Below, piece after piece: positions 37,899 through 51,053 of a stretch of 64,000 nt of DNA. A program made the position numbers and the translations under genes. Source of the stretch: Octopus sinensis (lineage: Eukaryota). How positions within the stretch are numbered: the stretch's first letter is position 1; each line of letters starts with the position of its first letter. The notes beneath the pieces are model-generated. The model saw nothing but the letters and a program-made list of their open reading frames with translations, was not told where the DNA came from and made no database searches. The stretch spans positions 91,078,001 through 91,142,000 of the forward strand of contig NC_043004.1 of assembly GCF_006345805.1 (NCBI RefSeq), written 5' to 3'.

Positions 37899-38305
37899 TA
37901 CTCTTTTACTTGTTTCAGTCATTTGACTGCGGCCATGCTGGAGCACCACCTTTGGTCGAGCAAATTGATCCCGGGACTTATTCTTTGTAAGCCCAGTACT
38001 TATTCTATCGGTCTCTTTTGCCGAACCACTAAGTGACGGGGACATAAACACACCAGCACCGGTAGTCAAGCAATGCTAGAGGGACAAACACAGACACACA
38101 AACATATACACACACACATATATATATATATACATATATACAACAGGCTTCTTTCAGTTTCCGTCTACCAAATCCACTCATGGGGCTTTGGTCGGCCCGA
38201 GGTTATAGCAGAAGACACTTGCCCAAGATGCCACACAGTGGGACTGAACCCGGAACCACGTGGTTGGTAAGCAAGCTACTTACTACACAGTCACTCCTGT
38301 GCCTA
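37899..38305 (-). mobile_element. SINE family A, full length
   Basis: Reverse complement of the family A consensus. Confidence 0.9.
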
Positions 38306-38339
38306 TTTACATATTTACATATTGAAAGAAAAATTCAAC

Positions 38340-38555
38340 GAGTAGGATGGCTGTGTGGTAAGTAGCTTGCTTATGAACCACATAGTTCTGGGTTCAGTCT
38401 TACTGCATGGCACCTTGGGCAAGTGTCTTCTACTATAGCCTCGGGTCGATCAAAGCCTTGTGAGTGGATTTGATAGATAGAAACTGAAAGAAGCCCATAG
38501 TATACATGTATGTGTGTGTTTGACAACCGATGCTGGTGTGTTTACATCCCCCTAA
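38340..38555 (+). mobile_element. SINE family A, 5' half
   Basis: GGATGGCTGTGTGGTAAG... head; diverges head-to-head from 37899-38305. Confidence 0.8.
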
Positions 38556-38798
38556 CTTGCATGGACAGTAGTCTAACCAAGTAAGAAAGGTCAGGCCTGG
38601 CCGAACACCAGTCACATGGGGAGAGAAAAGAGAGAGGTAAAGGCAGAGGGATAGAAGAATTAAGGAGGGGCGAGAGAAAAATGAAAGCGACCCAGTGAAG
38701 TGAAAGAGGGAAAGTGAGCATGAGGAGAAGGCCAGGAAATGTGAGAGAGGGGAAACAAAGGAATGAAGAGTGGAATGAATAAAGTGTGAGAGGTGAGA

Positions 38799-38843
38799 CA
38801 CACAGATCTGGGTTTCTGAATAGTAACCAATCATCAGTGTGTG
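38799..38843 (-). ncRNA. Hammerhead motif (tandem copy 1)
   Basis: CACACA-CTGATGA-TTGGTTACTATTCA-GAAA-CCCAGA-T-C-TGTGTG; canonical core, 6-bp stem I; stems II and III imperfect. Confidence 0.6.
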
Positions 38844-39152
38844 ACAATCACTGGCTAGGGATGAGAGACGATTCTGAATGCAAAATACTATATGCTTTTT
38901 CAAGTGACAAACCTTTGCTGATCTCGAAAGAGGAAAAACAAGCAATAATAAATCTCTAAGCAAGATGTAAACAGTAGCAGCATGACATCGTGAAGTATAT
39001 TTTCCACCTGAATGTGGCTGACCCATGTGGGACAATGTTACTCTAATTTATAGCCCCAGGAAGACATCTCCTCCAGCTGGCTAATGACACACTGTGCCCA
39101 ATCAGTATTTGCGAAGGGAAATCATCATTCTCATCTCTAGTCTGAGGTGATA

Positions 39153-39197
39153 CACACGGAGCCACTTTTCTGGGTAGTAACCCATCATCAGTGTGTG
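39153..39197 (-). ncRNA. Hammerhead motif (tandem copy 2)
   Basis: CACACA-CTGATGA-TGGGT tact ACCCA-GAAA-AGTGGC-T-C-CGTGTG; canonical core, perfect 5-bp stem II; stem III imperfect. Confidence 0.65.
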
Positions 39198-39409
39198 ACA
39201 ATCACCGGCTAGGGGTTAGAAGTGATTCTGAACGTAAAATACTATATGCTTTTTCTAATGACAACCATTGCTGATCTCAAAAAAGGAGAAACAAGCGATA
39301 ATAAATATGAGTGAGATGTAAACAGTAGTAGCTCAACATCGTGAAGTATATTTGCCATACATGTATATATGTGTTTGTGTGTGTGTGTATGTGTGTGTGT
39401 GTATATATA

Positions 39410-40893
<1,484 letters not shown>

Positions 40894-40959
40894 TATATAT
40901 GTATATGTACATATGCATATATACATGTATATATGTGTATATATATATATGTGTGTGTG

Positions 40960-41009
<50 letters not shown>

Positions 41010-41175
41010 CATGTATATATGTATATATACATGTATATACATATATATGTGTGTTTGTGTGTGTGTATATACATATATATACACATATATATATGTGTAT
41101 ATATATATATGTGTGTGTGTGTGTGTATATATACATATATATGCACATATATATGTGTGTGTATATATATATATA

Positions 41176-41694
41176 TTGGGTTGTCCGGAAAGTTCGTGCC
41201 GATTTATTTATAGTAGCTTACCTTTCAACTTATTTTAGAACATGGTTGAGTCCATAAAATAGGATTTGACTACACCTCCATTTACAGCACAGTTTAAGCT
41301 ATCTTTTCGTGGAAGAAGGTTTATGTTCCTATAACCTGTGTTAATTCTGTAGCCCTTTAAAATGGAAGATAAGAAAGTTCCTTTTCGGGACCTGGTACTT
41401 TGGGAACCAGACAAAAATTGCTGCAGCTCGGGGGGGGGGGGTACTCCCACCCTCCATATCCACCAGATATTGCTCCTTCGGATTTCCACTTTTATTCAGG
41501 TCTCTGCAGAATAGTCTTAATGGTAAAAATTTCAATTCCTTGGATGACGTAAAAAGATACCTTCATGAATTCTTTGCCATGAAACCACCTCAATTCTGGA
41601 GGTTTGTATTTGGTTGATTAAAAATGTAATGGCAAGTATCTATTGACCTTTTTTTTTCCTTTAAAAATCACCACAAACTTTCCAGACAACCCAA
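41176..41694 (+). mobile_element. Internally deleted mariner element
   Basis: TA|TTGGGTTGTCCGGAAAGTT ... AACTTTCCAGACAACCCAA|TA TIRs; HPPYPPDIAPSDFH/FRSLQNSLNGKNF C-terminal remnant. Confidence 0.9.
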
Positions 41695-41766
41695 TACAAT
41701 GAGGACAACAATAAATCAACATTATTACAGTGGGTAAGAAGCAACATTATTACAGTGGGTGGTAAA

Positions 41767-41950
41767 CACATTATTAGCTGGTGAATCACATTAGCATAAT
41801 ACAATTAATACAATACTTTCTAACTTATGTGTGCATATGTATGTGAAAATAAATTTATATATATATACTTTCACACACATATACACACATAAGTTAGAAA
41901 GTATTGTATTAATTGTATTATGCTAATGTGATTCACCAACTAATAATGTG
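41767..41950. repeat. Foldback palindrome, ~82 bp arms around a TA-rich spacer
   Basis: CACATTATTAGCTGGTGAATCACATTAGCATAATACAATTAATAC... mirrored at the right end. Confidence 0.9.
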
Positions 41951-41954
41951 TATA

Positions 41955-42435
41955 CCTATTTCTTTACTACCCACAAGGGGCTAAACACAGAGAGGATAAA
42001 CAAGGACAGACAAACGGACTAAGTCAATTATATCGACCCCAGTGTGTAACTGGTACTTATTTAATCAGGCGGCGAGCTTGGCAGAATTGTTAGCACGCCG
42101 GGCGAAATACTTAGCGGTATTTCGTCTGCCGCTGCGTTCTGAGTTCAAATTCCGCCAAGGTCGACTTTGCCGTTCATCCTTTCGGGGTCGATAAATCAAG
42201 TACCAGTTACGCACTGGGGTCGATGTAATCGACTTAATCCCTTTGTCTATCCTTGTTTGTCCTCTCTGTGTTTAGCCCCTTGTGGGTAGTAAAGAAATAG
42301 GTACTTATTTAATCGACCCCGAAAGGATGAAATGCAAAGTCGACCTTGGCGGATTTTGAACCCAGAATGTAACGGCAGACGAAATACCACTAAGCATTTC
42401 GCCCGGCGTTCTAACGATTCTGCCAGCTCACCGCC
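41955..42435 (-). mobile_element. SINE family D interrupted by an antiparallel copy of itself
   Basis: Outer minus-strand copy 41955-42066 plus 42300-42435. Confidence 0.9.
42067..42299 (+). mobile_element. SINE family D, full length, with 15-bp TSD
   Basis: GGCGGCGAGCTTGGCAG head, B-box GAGTTCAAATTCC; TSD GGTACTTATTTAATC at 42052-42066 and 42300-42314. Confidence 0.92.
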
Positions 42436-43159
42436 TTATATAATGTGTATACCATCCACTGTAATAATATTGATTTATTGTTGTCCTCATTATAGTTGTT
42501 GTTGGTCTTGCTGTCATTTGTGTTTTAGAAGCCAATGTAGTATTTTAATAACTGAAATACAATGATATGCCATTAAATACTGAGTATTTCACCCTTGAGA
42601 GTCAATATCTGGTGTTGAACTGTTGATAGGTGAAGTGACAGAAATATTGTATGCTTCAATGCAAATTATACTGAACTGAATGAAACTCTGTGTTTATTGA
42701 ATCTGCTAGAAATAGCAGCAAAATCATCTTCCAATCAAACCCTACTCCCTTAAAAAAAGATATGTTGACTAATGTGGTTCCTGGTTTTCTGTGCATAGGT
42801 AAAAACAGGATGGCCATGTTTGGAATAAGTCATAAATCTATTTGATCAGGGTTGAACCAGTGAAGGAGCTTATGTGTAGACATATTAGTTTCAAATTTTG
42901 GCACATGAGGGGAGGGTGTAAGTCAATTATGTTGACCCCCAGAGCTCAATTGGTACTTATTTTATCAACACTGAACAGTTAAAAGGTAATGTTGATCCTG
43001 GCGGAATTTGAACTTAGAACATACAGACAGACGAAATGACCATAAGCCTTTTGCTCAGCATGCTAACATTTCTGCTGGCTCACCACATTTACATGTAGTT
43101 ATATTACCAACTAAATATAGTTGTATCTTCCTCAGTATATCTCACTTCTGCTGTTTTAA

Positions 43160-43380
43160 CCCTTTCGTTACTGTATTTATTTTGAGATGCTCTGTGTTTC
43201 TTTCAATTATTTTAAATATAACAAAGAATTTAGTAAAATAACTTAGTTATCATTCAGCTAGTGTTAGGAAAGTAAATTGTGACTAAGGCTTGGTGGAATA
43301 TTTTACTTCAAAACTTATGAAAACAAGACATTTGTACTACAGAGCCAGAGCCGGTTTTGGCCGGGTTAGTAACAAAAGGG
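43160..43380. mobile_element. piggyBac-type MITE
   Basis: TTAA|CCCTTTCGTTAC ... GTAACAAAAGGG|TTAA. Confidence 0.8.
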
Positions 43381-44759
43381 TTAAACAAGGCCCATATCAA
43401 ATAGTGAAAGAGCTTCTAATATAGTCACTTGACCTTACTGATTCAACCAAATCACTCTCAATGAACTCCCTACTGTGTTTATAATAAGGGTCACATTAGT
43501 CAGAGATAGAAGATATAAGTAGTAGCTTGGTTCTCCAAAGTAACAGTCAAATCTTCCTCAATAAAATCACTACTTATTAAGGGTTACAATTAGATTAATT
43601 AGATTAATATTAAGTACACATGATCTGTGCACATTTCATAACTGTGCTATAGTTTGATCCAGTTTAGTATTCACTGGGATAGATGGAACAACTAGGTTCT
43701 AGGAATACACACCATCAAAAATATGCATAGAAGAACAGAAACTGTTGCACTCTGATTGCGTTCACTTGTCCTTGCTCTATGCTGCTGTAGCGAGACCGAC
43801 CAATTTCTATTATGGCATATTGGAGTCCACTAGCCTTTTATAGGCTCAACACACTAATCTGTAATGACTGGTCATCTTATCTATCATGTGAGTTTGGAAC
43901 ATTTGGTTGAGTCCTGTATTTTGAATGGTCAAATATTGTGTGGGATATGGTTCTTGGATCCAATCTTGTTGTGCGTAATACATTCTAAGACAACTAACCT
44001 AAACCATCACTGGAGCCTATGTCCACCTATATATTGAGTTAACAAAACCATTATTTGCAGAGGTGTGAGAGAATTTCCAGGAAAACAAGACATGGTATTT
44101 CCTGCTGTTATAATGAAGCACACGTAATCAATGACAGCCAGAGCTGAATTATCCAAACAATGGATGAACTATACATGATGTGGGTTTTTTTTGTCTGCAG
44201 TATTATTTAGCAGTGGAATAAAGTGAACACACAACACGTTATATAATGGTATGAAAAATTCTGTAATAAAACCATGAGAAACTTTACACTGGTACAGCTA
44301 AACTGCCATCACTAGAATATATGGATGTATAGAAATGAACTAGCCAAAGGAGAGAATGTAAATATGTCCCGAGTGTCAGACTGTATATTTCATCATGTGT
44401 GTGGTACGCTCATAAGTAGGCAGAGACATGATATTTGAGGGTCATTCAGATAATTACTTGTTTCACAGGATAACTGGCTAGAGCTGTCTAGGACAACATA
44501 ACAACAGTTAGAATGACTATGAACAAACACAGAAGCTTTACTTCTCGTACAAACATTAGAAATAGCAGTCAAATCTCACTCAAATCACACCCTACCAACT
44601 TAAAAGTAGCAATACATGTCAATAAGTTGATTCTAGCAAAAATATGATTGGAAGATCAAGGATGAAATGTCCTTAATCACAGTTAGCCGGGCTCAGAAAT
44701 CATTTAATCAGATTTGACATTATAATTTAACCTTTTCAACAAGAAGGTCCTAATGTCTT

Positions 44760-45052
44760 ATTCTTTGTAAGCCTAATACTTATTCTATCAGTCCGTCTGC
44801 TGAACCGCTAAGTTACGGGGATGTAAACAAACCAGCATTGGTTGTCAAATGATGGTGGTGGGGACAAACACAGACACACAAACATACATACATACACACT
44901 TGTATATATATATATATATATATATATATACGAAGACACTTGTCCAAGATGCCACATATATATAGAAGACACTTGTCCGGGATGCCACACAGTGGGGATG
45001 AACCTGGAACCATGTGGTTAATAAGCAAGCTACATACCACACAGCCACTCCT
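44760..45052 (-). mobile_element. SINE family A, partial
   Basis: Family A body with a small internal duplication (GAAGACACTTGTCC..GATGCCACA twice). Confidence 0.75.
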
Positions 45053-45053
45053 T

Positions 45054-45084
<31 letters not shown>

Positions 45085-45130
45085 AAACAAGTAAAAAATA
45101 GAAAATGCTAAAATAATTTTATAGTGAACA

Positions 45131-45174
45131 TTTCAGTACCGGTTTCGGTCATTTTGAGACCTTTTCAACTGTAA
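45131..45174 (-). ncRNA. Minimal type I hammerhead, U3-A8 compensatory variant
   Basis: TTACAG-TTGAAAA-GGTC tcaaaat GACC-GAAA-CCGG-T-A-CTGAAA: G10.1-C11.1, palindromic stem III ACCGGT, GUA site, stem I CAG/CTG. Confidence 0.75.
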
Positions 45175-45516
45175 CGATTAAATAATTAAATTTAGAAAAA
45201 TTAGAAGAAAAGTTTTTTTAAAAGAATATTTCTATAGTAGTGTTCAGATTTAAGTGGCATTCTGCCTTTCTCTGACTCCTTTGTTTGCACTTGTGTGTTC
45301 CAGGTAGTTGTGAGTTCTTGGTAGGGTAGTAGAGGGAAGGCTGGTGAGGAAAGGGGGGTGGGAGAATCTGGGAGTGCCCTGATGGTCGTATTTTGAATGG
45401 TCAGTGGCGGCTGGCAGTCTCAGTTCAATTCAGGAGAATATTTATATTGACAGGCTTGTTTATAGAATTAGCGTAGGTGTTATACTAAAAAACATTAGTG
45501 ACAAACTTAAGGGGTA

Positions 45517-45760
45517 GGGGGTGGAGAAGAAGAAGAAGAAGAAGAAGAAGAAGGAGAAGGAGAAGATGACGATGATGGTGATGGTGGTGATGATTATGAC
45601 GACGATGATGATGATAACGATGATGATGAAGAAGAAGAAGAAGAAGGAGGAGAAGGAGAAGATGGTGGTGATGATGGTGGCGATGATGATGATGCCGATG
45701 ATGATGATGATAACGATGATGATGAAGAAGAAGAGGAAGAAGAAGAAGAAGAAAAAAACA
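45517..45760. repeat. Compound (GAA)n/(GAT)n/(GGT) microsatellite with internal duplication
   Basis: Directly visible. Confidence 0.95.
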
Positions 45761-45869
45761 GAGAAGGGAGAATATGAATGGGTGTAAATATAGCTATGAA
45801 GGGGCTGATTAGTAATGGATTCTATGGAGTGTAGTATTTGTGTGTGTATATATATTTTTTTCTTTTATT

Positions 45870-46227
45870 CTAAAGTTGAGGTATATTAATTGTTTGTCGT
45901 GGCTTGTATTTTGTAATAAAGAGATTTTCTTTACTTATTCGTTGTCTCCAGGTTGTATCGTCCCTAAATTGGTAGAGGGGGAAATTCTGAAGTTTGGTGT
46001 TTTTTTGTTGGCGCAAGTATCTATGTGTTGGCTAAAAGCTATTTTTCTGTTTTGGGGAATTTTTATCTGGGATCTGTGCAGGGCCATTCGTTTACGCAAA
46101 CCATTTTTTGTTTGGCCTATGTACTGCTCTTGACACCCGGAGCAGGTTAGTGAGTATATTAGGTTCTCCGAAGCACATGTGAAGTTGCTTTTCACTGTAA
46201 AACGTTGTCCCTGTTTGAAGGAGAAAT
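45870..46227 (-). mobile_element. Penelope-like element GIY-YIG endonuclease 3' fragment (Neptune-type motif pattern)
   Basis: FSFKQGQRFTVKSNFTCASENLIYSLTCSGCQEQYIGQTKNGLRKRMALHRSQI; frameshift near the C-terminus; the hammerhead at 45131 lies downstream on the same strand. Confidence 0.85.
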
Positions 46228-46321
46228 CATCATCATCATCATCATCATCATCCTCACCATTTTACATCCGTTTTCCATGCTGGCATGGGCTGATATAAAT
46301 GTGTGTGCGTGTGTGTATTTA

Positions 46322-47529
46322 TCAGGTCATCCCATAAGTTCTGTCCAAATTTTAAATAAAGAAAACAAGTGATCAAATGCTATATTTAATTGAAATTTAA
46401 TCATCAATGTACTTTCCCTGATTATCTATGACTTCCTTCCATCTGTTTACAAACTTTTTAATCCCATTAATGTAAAACTCTTTTGGTTTCAAAGTAAAGA
46501 ACTATGAAATGTCAGTTTCGACCTCCTCCTGGCTTGTGAAAGTTGTGTCCCCCAAATGATTCTGTAAACTACGAAACAAATAGTAGTTTGAAGGAGCAAG
46601 GTTGGTAGAATAAGATGGATGAGGAATTTTTTCCCAACCAAGCTCTTCGATCTTCTGTGATGTGATCTTTGCAGTGTGGGGGTCATGCATTGTCCTGATG
46701 AAACATCACTCCTTTACAATTCAAAGCTTGGTTCAAATGCTCTAATTGCTGACAATAGACTTGAGCATTGATTGTTGCATTAGGTGGTAACAATTCCACC
46801 ATGAAGTTCCCTTCTCGGTTGTGGTTGAGATTTTTCTCTTTTACCAACCCACTGTTTATAATGATTAACATTTTGATAGAAGATCCATTTTTCATCACCA
46901 GTCACAAGTCTATCCAAAATGGGTGAAATGAGTTCACGAGAATGGAGAGAAGAGCGGATATCAACTCGAGATTTGCAGTTGCTTTCAGACAATTCATGAG
47001 GCACCCATTTTCCAAGTTTAGGAGCCTTTGCAAGAAGCTGTAGATGATGAACAGTTGTATGGTTTGAACTAAGTTTTATTGCCAATTCTTCAACTGATAA
47101 TGCAGTATTTTCCTCAAGTAATGCCTCAATGAGCTTATCATCAAACTCAACAGGACGTCCTGTTCGATCTTCATCTTCAAGGCTGAAATCTCCACTTCCG
47201 AATTTTGCAAACCAACTTCTGCAAGTTCTTTCATTCAAGCATTCTTTCCCATAAACTGAGTGTATGTTTCGAGGGGCTTCGGCTGCAGAGTTTCCTTTTT
47301 GTACTCATAAAGGATTATGTGCCTCAAATGCTCTTTGGATACTTCCATGTTAGAAAGGGTTTTAATCAAAGAAATTTTAATTCTGTTATTCTGTAAAATA
47401 TCTAATTGGTTTAAATGTACACAAATGCATAAAAATAGTTTTAAATTCCATTAGACATTCCAAAATACTATTAAATTTCATTCAATTTTAAAAAAGGTAA
47501 AATCGGACAGAACTTATGCGATGACCTGA
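46322..47529 (-). mobile_element. mariner transposon, near full length, disrupted transposase
   Basis: TA|TCAGGTCATCCCATAAGTTCTGTCC ... GGACAGAACTTATGCGATGACCTGA|TA; WFAKF...GRP, WVPHEL, VTGDEKW, HQDNA, HPSYSTNLAPSNYYLF. Confidence 0.95.
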
Positions 47530-47701
47530 TATACACACACACACACACATATTATATACATACATAGGGATGCCACTTGCTAGAGAGTCCTTAAGACTAG
47601 GGTCTGAAGAAAAGTTGTAAAGCTAAGCACTTTATTGACATGATACTCAGGGTAACCCCATAGACCAGCCATATCTATCTTTATCTATTTACATATGTAC
47701 C

Positions 47702-47877
47702 ACTAGCCACTACACATTCTTTATTTTCTCTCCTTGTTTCTTTCTGTGTTCCTTTCTGTGGAAGAGAGTAGGCTCGAAACGTTAAAGACTTTTTCACTTC
47801 CCAAGCATTATACTAATAGATCTGTTTGTTGTCTACACCACCTGTCTTCATCTTTCAATTTTTTGTGAATTCTCCCT
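47702..47877 (+). mobile_element. Short PLE/retrozyme-like element with CUGUNGA hammerhead-like motif at 47752-47787
   Basis: CTTT-CTGTGGA-A-GAGA gtag GCTC-GAAA-CG-T-T-AAAG; near-identical to 23953-24128. Confidence 0.65.
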
Positions 47878-48023
47878 AGATACATAGATACATACATACA
47901 TATAATGTAATATGTAATGTAAATATAATGTAATATATAATGTAATATGTAATAAATATTTTCTACTCAACAGATCACACTCCATTTTTTAAAATATTTA
48001 TTGTATTTATATCATGAGCACAT

Positions 48024-48240
48024 TATCATTGTTTAGCATCCGCTTTCCATGCTGGCATGGGTTGGACGGTGTAACTGGGGTCTGGGAAGCCAGAAGGCTG
48101 CACCAGGCCCAGTCTGATCTGGCAGTGTTTCTACGGCTGGATGCCCTTCCTAACACCAACCACTCCATGAGTGTAGTGGTGCTTTTTACGTGCCAGACGA
48201 GGCTGGCAAACGGCCACGATCGGATGGTGCTTTTTACGTG
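48024..48240 (-). mobile_element. RTE LINE 3'-terminal fragment
   Basis: Homologous to 25200-25400. Confidence 0.8.
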
Positions 48241-49172
48241 CAAGAGAATTTGTCTTATTGTTTCATGCAAATTTGCAAACATTGTTTGTAACAAACTTTT
48301 TTTGTGAATGAACAAATTTTACCTACCACACCAATTGTATTTTTTTTGTAATTCTTTGAAATTCTATTCACTTGGACATTCTATTTCTGTTGTTCCTTAA
48401 CTACCATATTTAACTGCTTATATTTCTTACCTTAACTTGTTTAACTTTATTTACATCTTTGGTCAGTTTTTATTTTATACCACCACAATGATCTTCAAAG
48501 CCAACTGAAACAATGACCAATGATAATCTGAACACAACAGTACAGCATGTGTTATTTGAACCAGCTCCTTATGAAACTTCTTATCACTGCGGCAGCTGGT
48601 TCTCCACTTTCTCTAGATCTGACTAGTTTGAATATAAAAAGGGCAAAATATTTTGGCCAGATATGGCCAGTTTAAATGTTAAAGGGGTAATACACCAGCT
48701 GTACTTGTAGTTGGTTGTCTGTCATAGGTTGAAGCTGACTGTTCTATTCACCACTGCCTTACCCTGCTGGTGCTCAGGGTTCAGCACTAACTGCGACCAT
48801 CAGCTGCAAGCTGCCTGTGTGCAGAGCTCTTGCTAACAAGAGTGCAATGAGCTTGGTCAATGATGAGGTTGCTCTGAAGTAGCAGATCACTCACTAGATA
48901 ATACCCAATCATTGTCTGATGGTACAGATCTTCCAGTTGGTCACTATAATCTTCAAGCCACTGGTCTAGAACTCCTCCACCTTGTTGGCTATCCAACGCC
49001 CTGCTGCTGGACACCTTAATTGTATCCCTTGCATGGGAGGCTAAGGGACTACTAGCACCTGCCCAAGGTGCCACCCCAGAAGGGGAAAGTTACTCTCCCT
49101 TTTACAACCTGCCACTGAAATGCATGAAATTTTGATACAATATAAAGGACATAATCAAAATTAATATGCACA

Positions 49173-49560
49173 AGGCACAGGAGTAGCTGTGTGGTAAGTT
49201 GCTTGCTTACCAACCACATGGTTCCGCGTTCAGTCCCACTGCGTGGCATCTTGGGCAAGTGTCTTCTGCTATAGCCCTGGGCCGACCAATGCCTTGTGAG
49301 TGGATTTGGTAGACGGAAACTGAAAGAAGCCTGTCGTATATATGTATATATATGTATGTGTGTGTATATGTTTGTGTGTCTGTGTTTGTCCCCCCAACAT
49401 CGCTTGACAACCGATGCTGGTGTGTGTACATCCCTGTCACTTAGCGGTTCGGCAAAAGAGACCGATAGAATAAGTACTGGGCTTACAAAAAGAATAAGTC
49501 CTGCGGTCAAGTTGCTCCAGCATGGCCGCAGTCAAATGACTGAAACAAGTAAAAGAGTAA
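49173..49560 (+). mobile_element. SINE family A, full length
   Basis: Head and tail intact. Confidence 0.9.
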
Positions 49561-49807
49561 GTCAAATTTTGCAACACCACTACTTAACATATGAAAAATG
49601 ACATCGTTTAAATGGCAGCCATTTTCAGCTTTACATGCTCATGCTCTTTCCAAAATTTACACCATAACCCCCTCAAGAGTTTCAGACCCCACTTCTCTGA
49701 TTTCTCTTTTGATGTTCTTCTTCAGTTGCACCAGGGTCTCCGGTTTGCTGACATAAACCCTCTCTTTTAGGTATCCATGATTAAGACCTTTTTATGCCAT
49801 TCAAAAT

Positions 49808-50015
49808 AGACCTCACACATGGTTCCAGCAAGATGAAGCAACTGCTCATAATGCAAGAGAAGCAATGCAGTTCCTACAGCAGTGCTTTGGAGAGAGAATA
49901 ATCTCCCACTACGCCAATGTCAACTGGCCTTCGTGTTCCCCAGAAGTGACTAGCCCAGATTTTTTCTTGTGGAGATACCTAAAAGAGAGGGTTTACATCA
50001 ACAAACTGAAGAAAT
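49808..50015 (+). mobile_element. IS630/Tc1/mariner transposase fragment
   Basis: TWFQQDEATAHNAREAMQFLQQCFGERIISHYANVNWPSCSPEVTSPDFFLWRYLKERVY. Confidence 0.75.
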
Positions 50016-50105
50016 TCTATATTGTAGAATTGTATTAAAAAGAAACATGGGAACAGGCAGAGAAAATCTGCCTTTTATCATAAGAGATATACATACATAG
50101 ATATG

Positions 50106-50223
50106 TTAGAAAGTTAAAAGTTATGGCTGGTCATAGAATGACCAGTCGTTTACACCACCAAGCACTTTATAAGTGCAAAACCAATGGTCACTCTATGACC
50201 AACCATAACTTTTAACTTCCTAA
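50106..50223. repeat. Small foldback with a decayed hammerhead-like centre
   Basis: ~40 bp arms; centre CCACCAA-GCACT ttata AGTGC-AAAA-CCAATGG-T-C; related minus-strand remnant near 8690-8735. Confidence 0.55.
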
Positions 50224-50291
50224 AATAATATATTACTGCTCTGATGCTTTAGAGTGTGCTTCTTTTTGGGATATATGAACTACTGAGAGTG

Positions 50292-50330
<39 letters not shown>

Positions 50331-50817
50331 ATACATATATATATAAATTTGTGTATATGTACATATATGCATATGTGGGCCTTTCTGTGTGCATGTGTAT
50401 TTGCAATTTTGTATTTTCTCCTTGTGTAACGTGTTTGTTATCCACAATGCAAACAAGTCTAACTATCAAATGGTGATCGTTTTGTTTGCAGTCAGCCACA
50501 AAACCATGTCCAGGCTTTCTCGATATATCTTCACAAGTTGGGTGATCTTTGTCAGCAAAAAGATTTATAACTATGTCCAAATTATTTGTTGCTTGTCAGA
50601 CAAGGGGATTATAATGTTGCTCAGAAACATGTGAGCCCAGCAACACAAGGGGCACATTGATATAGATATATCTGCCTCCTTGCAAGCATGGAAAAGTGGA
50701 AGTTAAGATGCTGATAGTGATGATTATACCTTTGCCAAATAAGGATTATACCTTAGTCAAATAAAAGTTACATTGTTGTCAAGGGATCCCAGGTTAACTG
50801 CAGGAGATTTGATCGCA

Positions 50818-50848
<31 letters not shown>

Positions 50849-51053
50849 AGTTCGTGTGTATTTTGAAAATGGTTTTGAGGGATATATAATCCTAGCAGAT
50901 ATAGTGTTCACTCTTATCAGTTGTCAATGCTGGCTAGCCATAGTGAATGTCGATGAAACTGAAGTTAGTTAAAATTTACTATACTCGGTTAATACTCACT
51001 TGGTAGATCCAAATGTCCTTATAAGGATTGCATAGTTTCCATAGATAAAAAAA

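Noticed and set aside
43850-43990. Possible minus-strand exon after TTGTCTTAG
   Set aside because: All three frames hit stops before a donor-like GT, and none resembles LIM or hillarin.
45521-45787. Poly-K/poly-M ORF
   Set aside because: Translation of the (GAA)n/(GAT)n microsatellite.
50233-50580. Minus-strand ORF with ordinary-looking composition
   Set aside because: No recognisable domain, no convincing splice donor, and it runs into a TA repeat.
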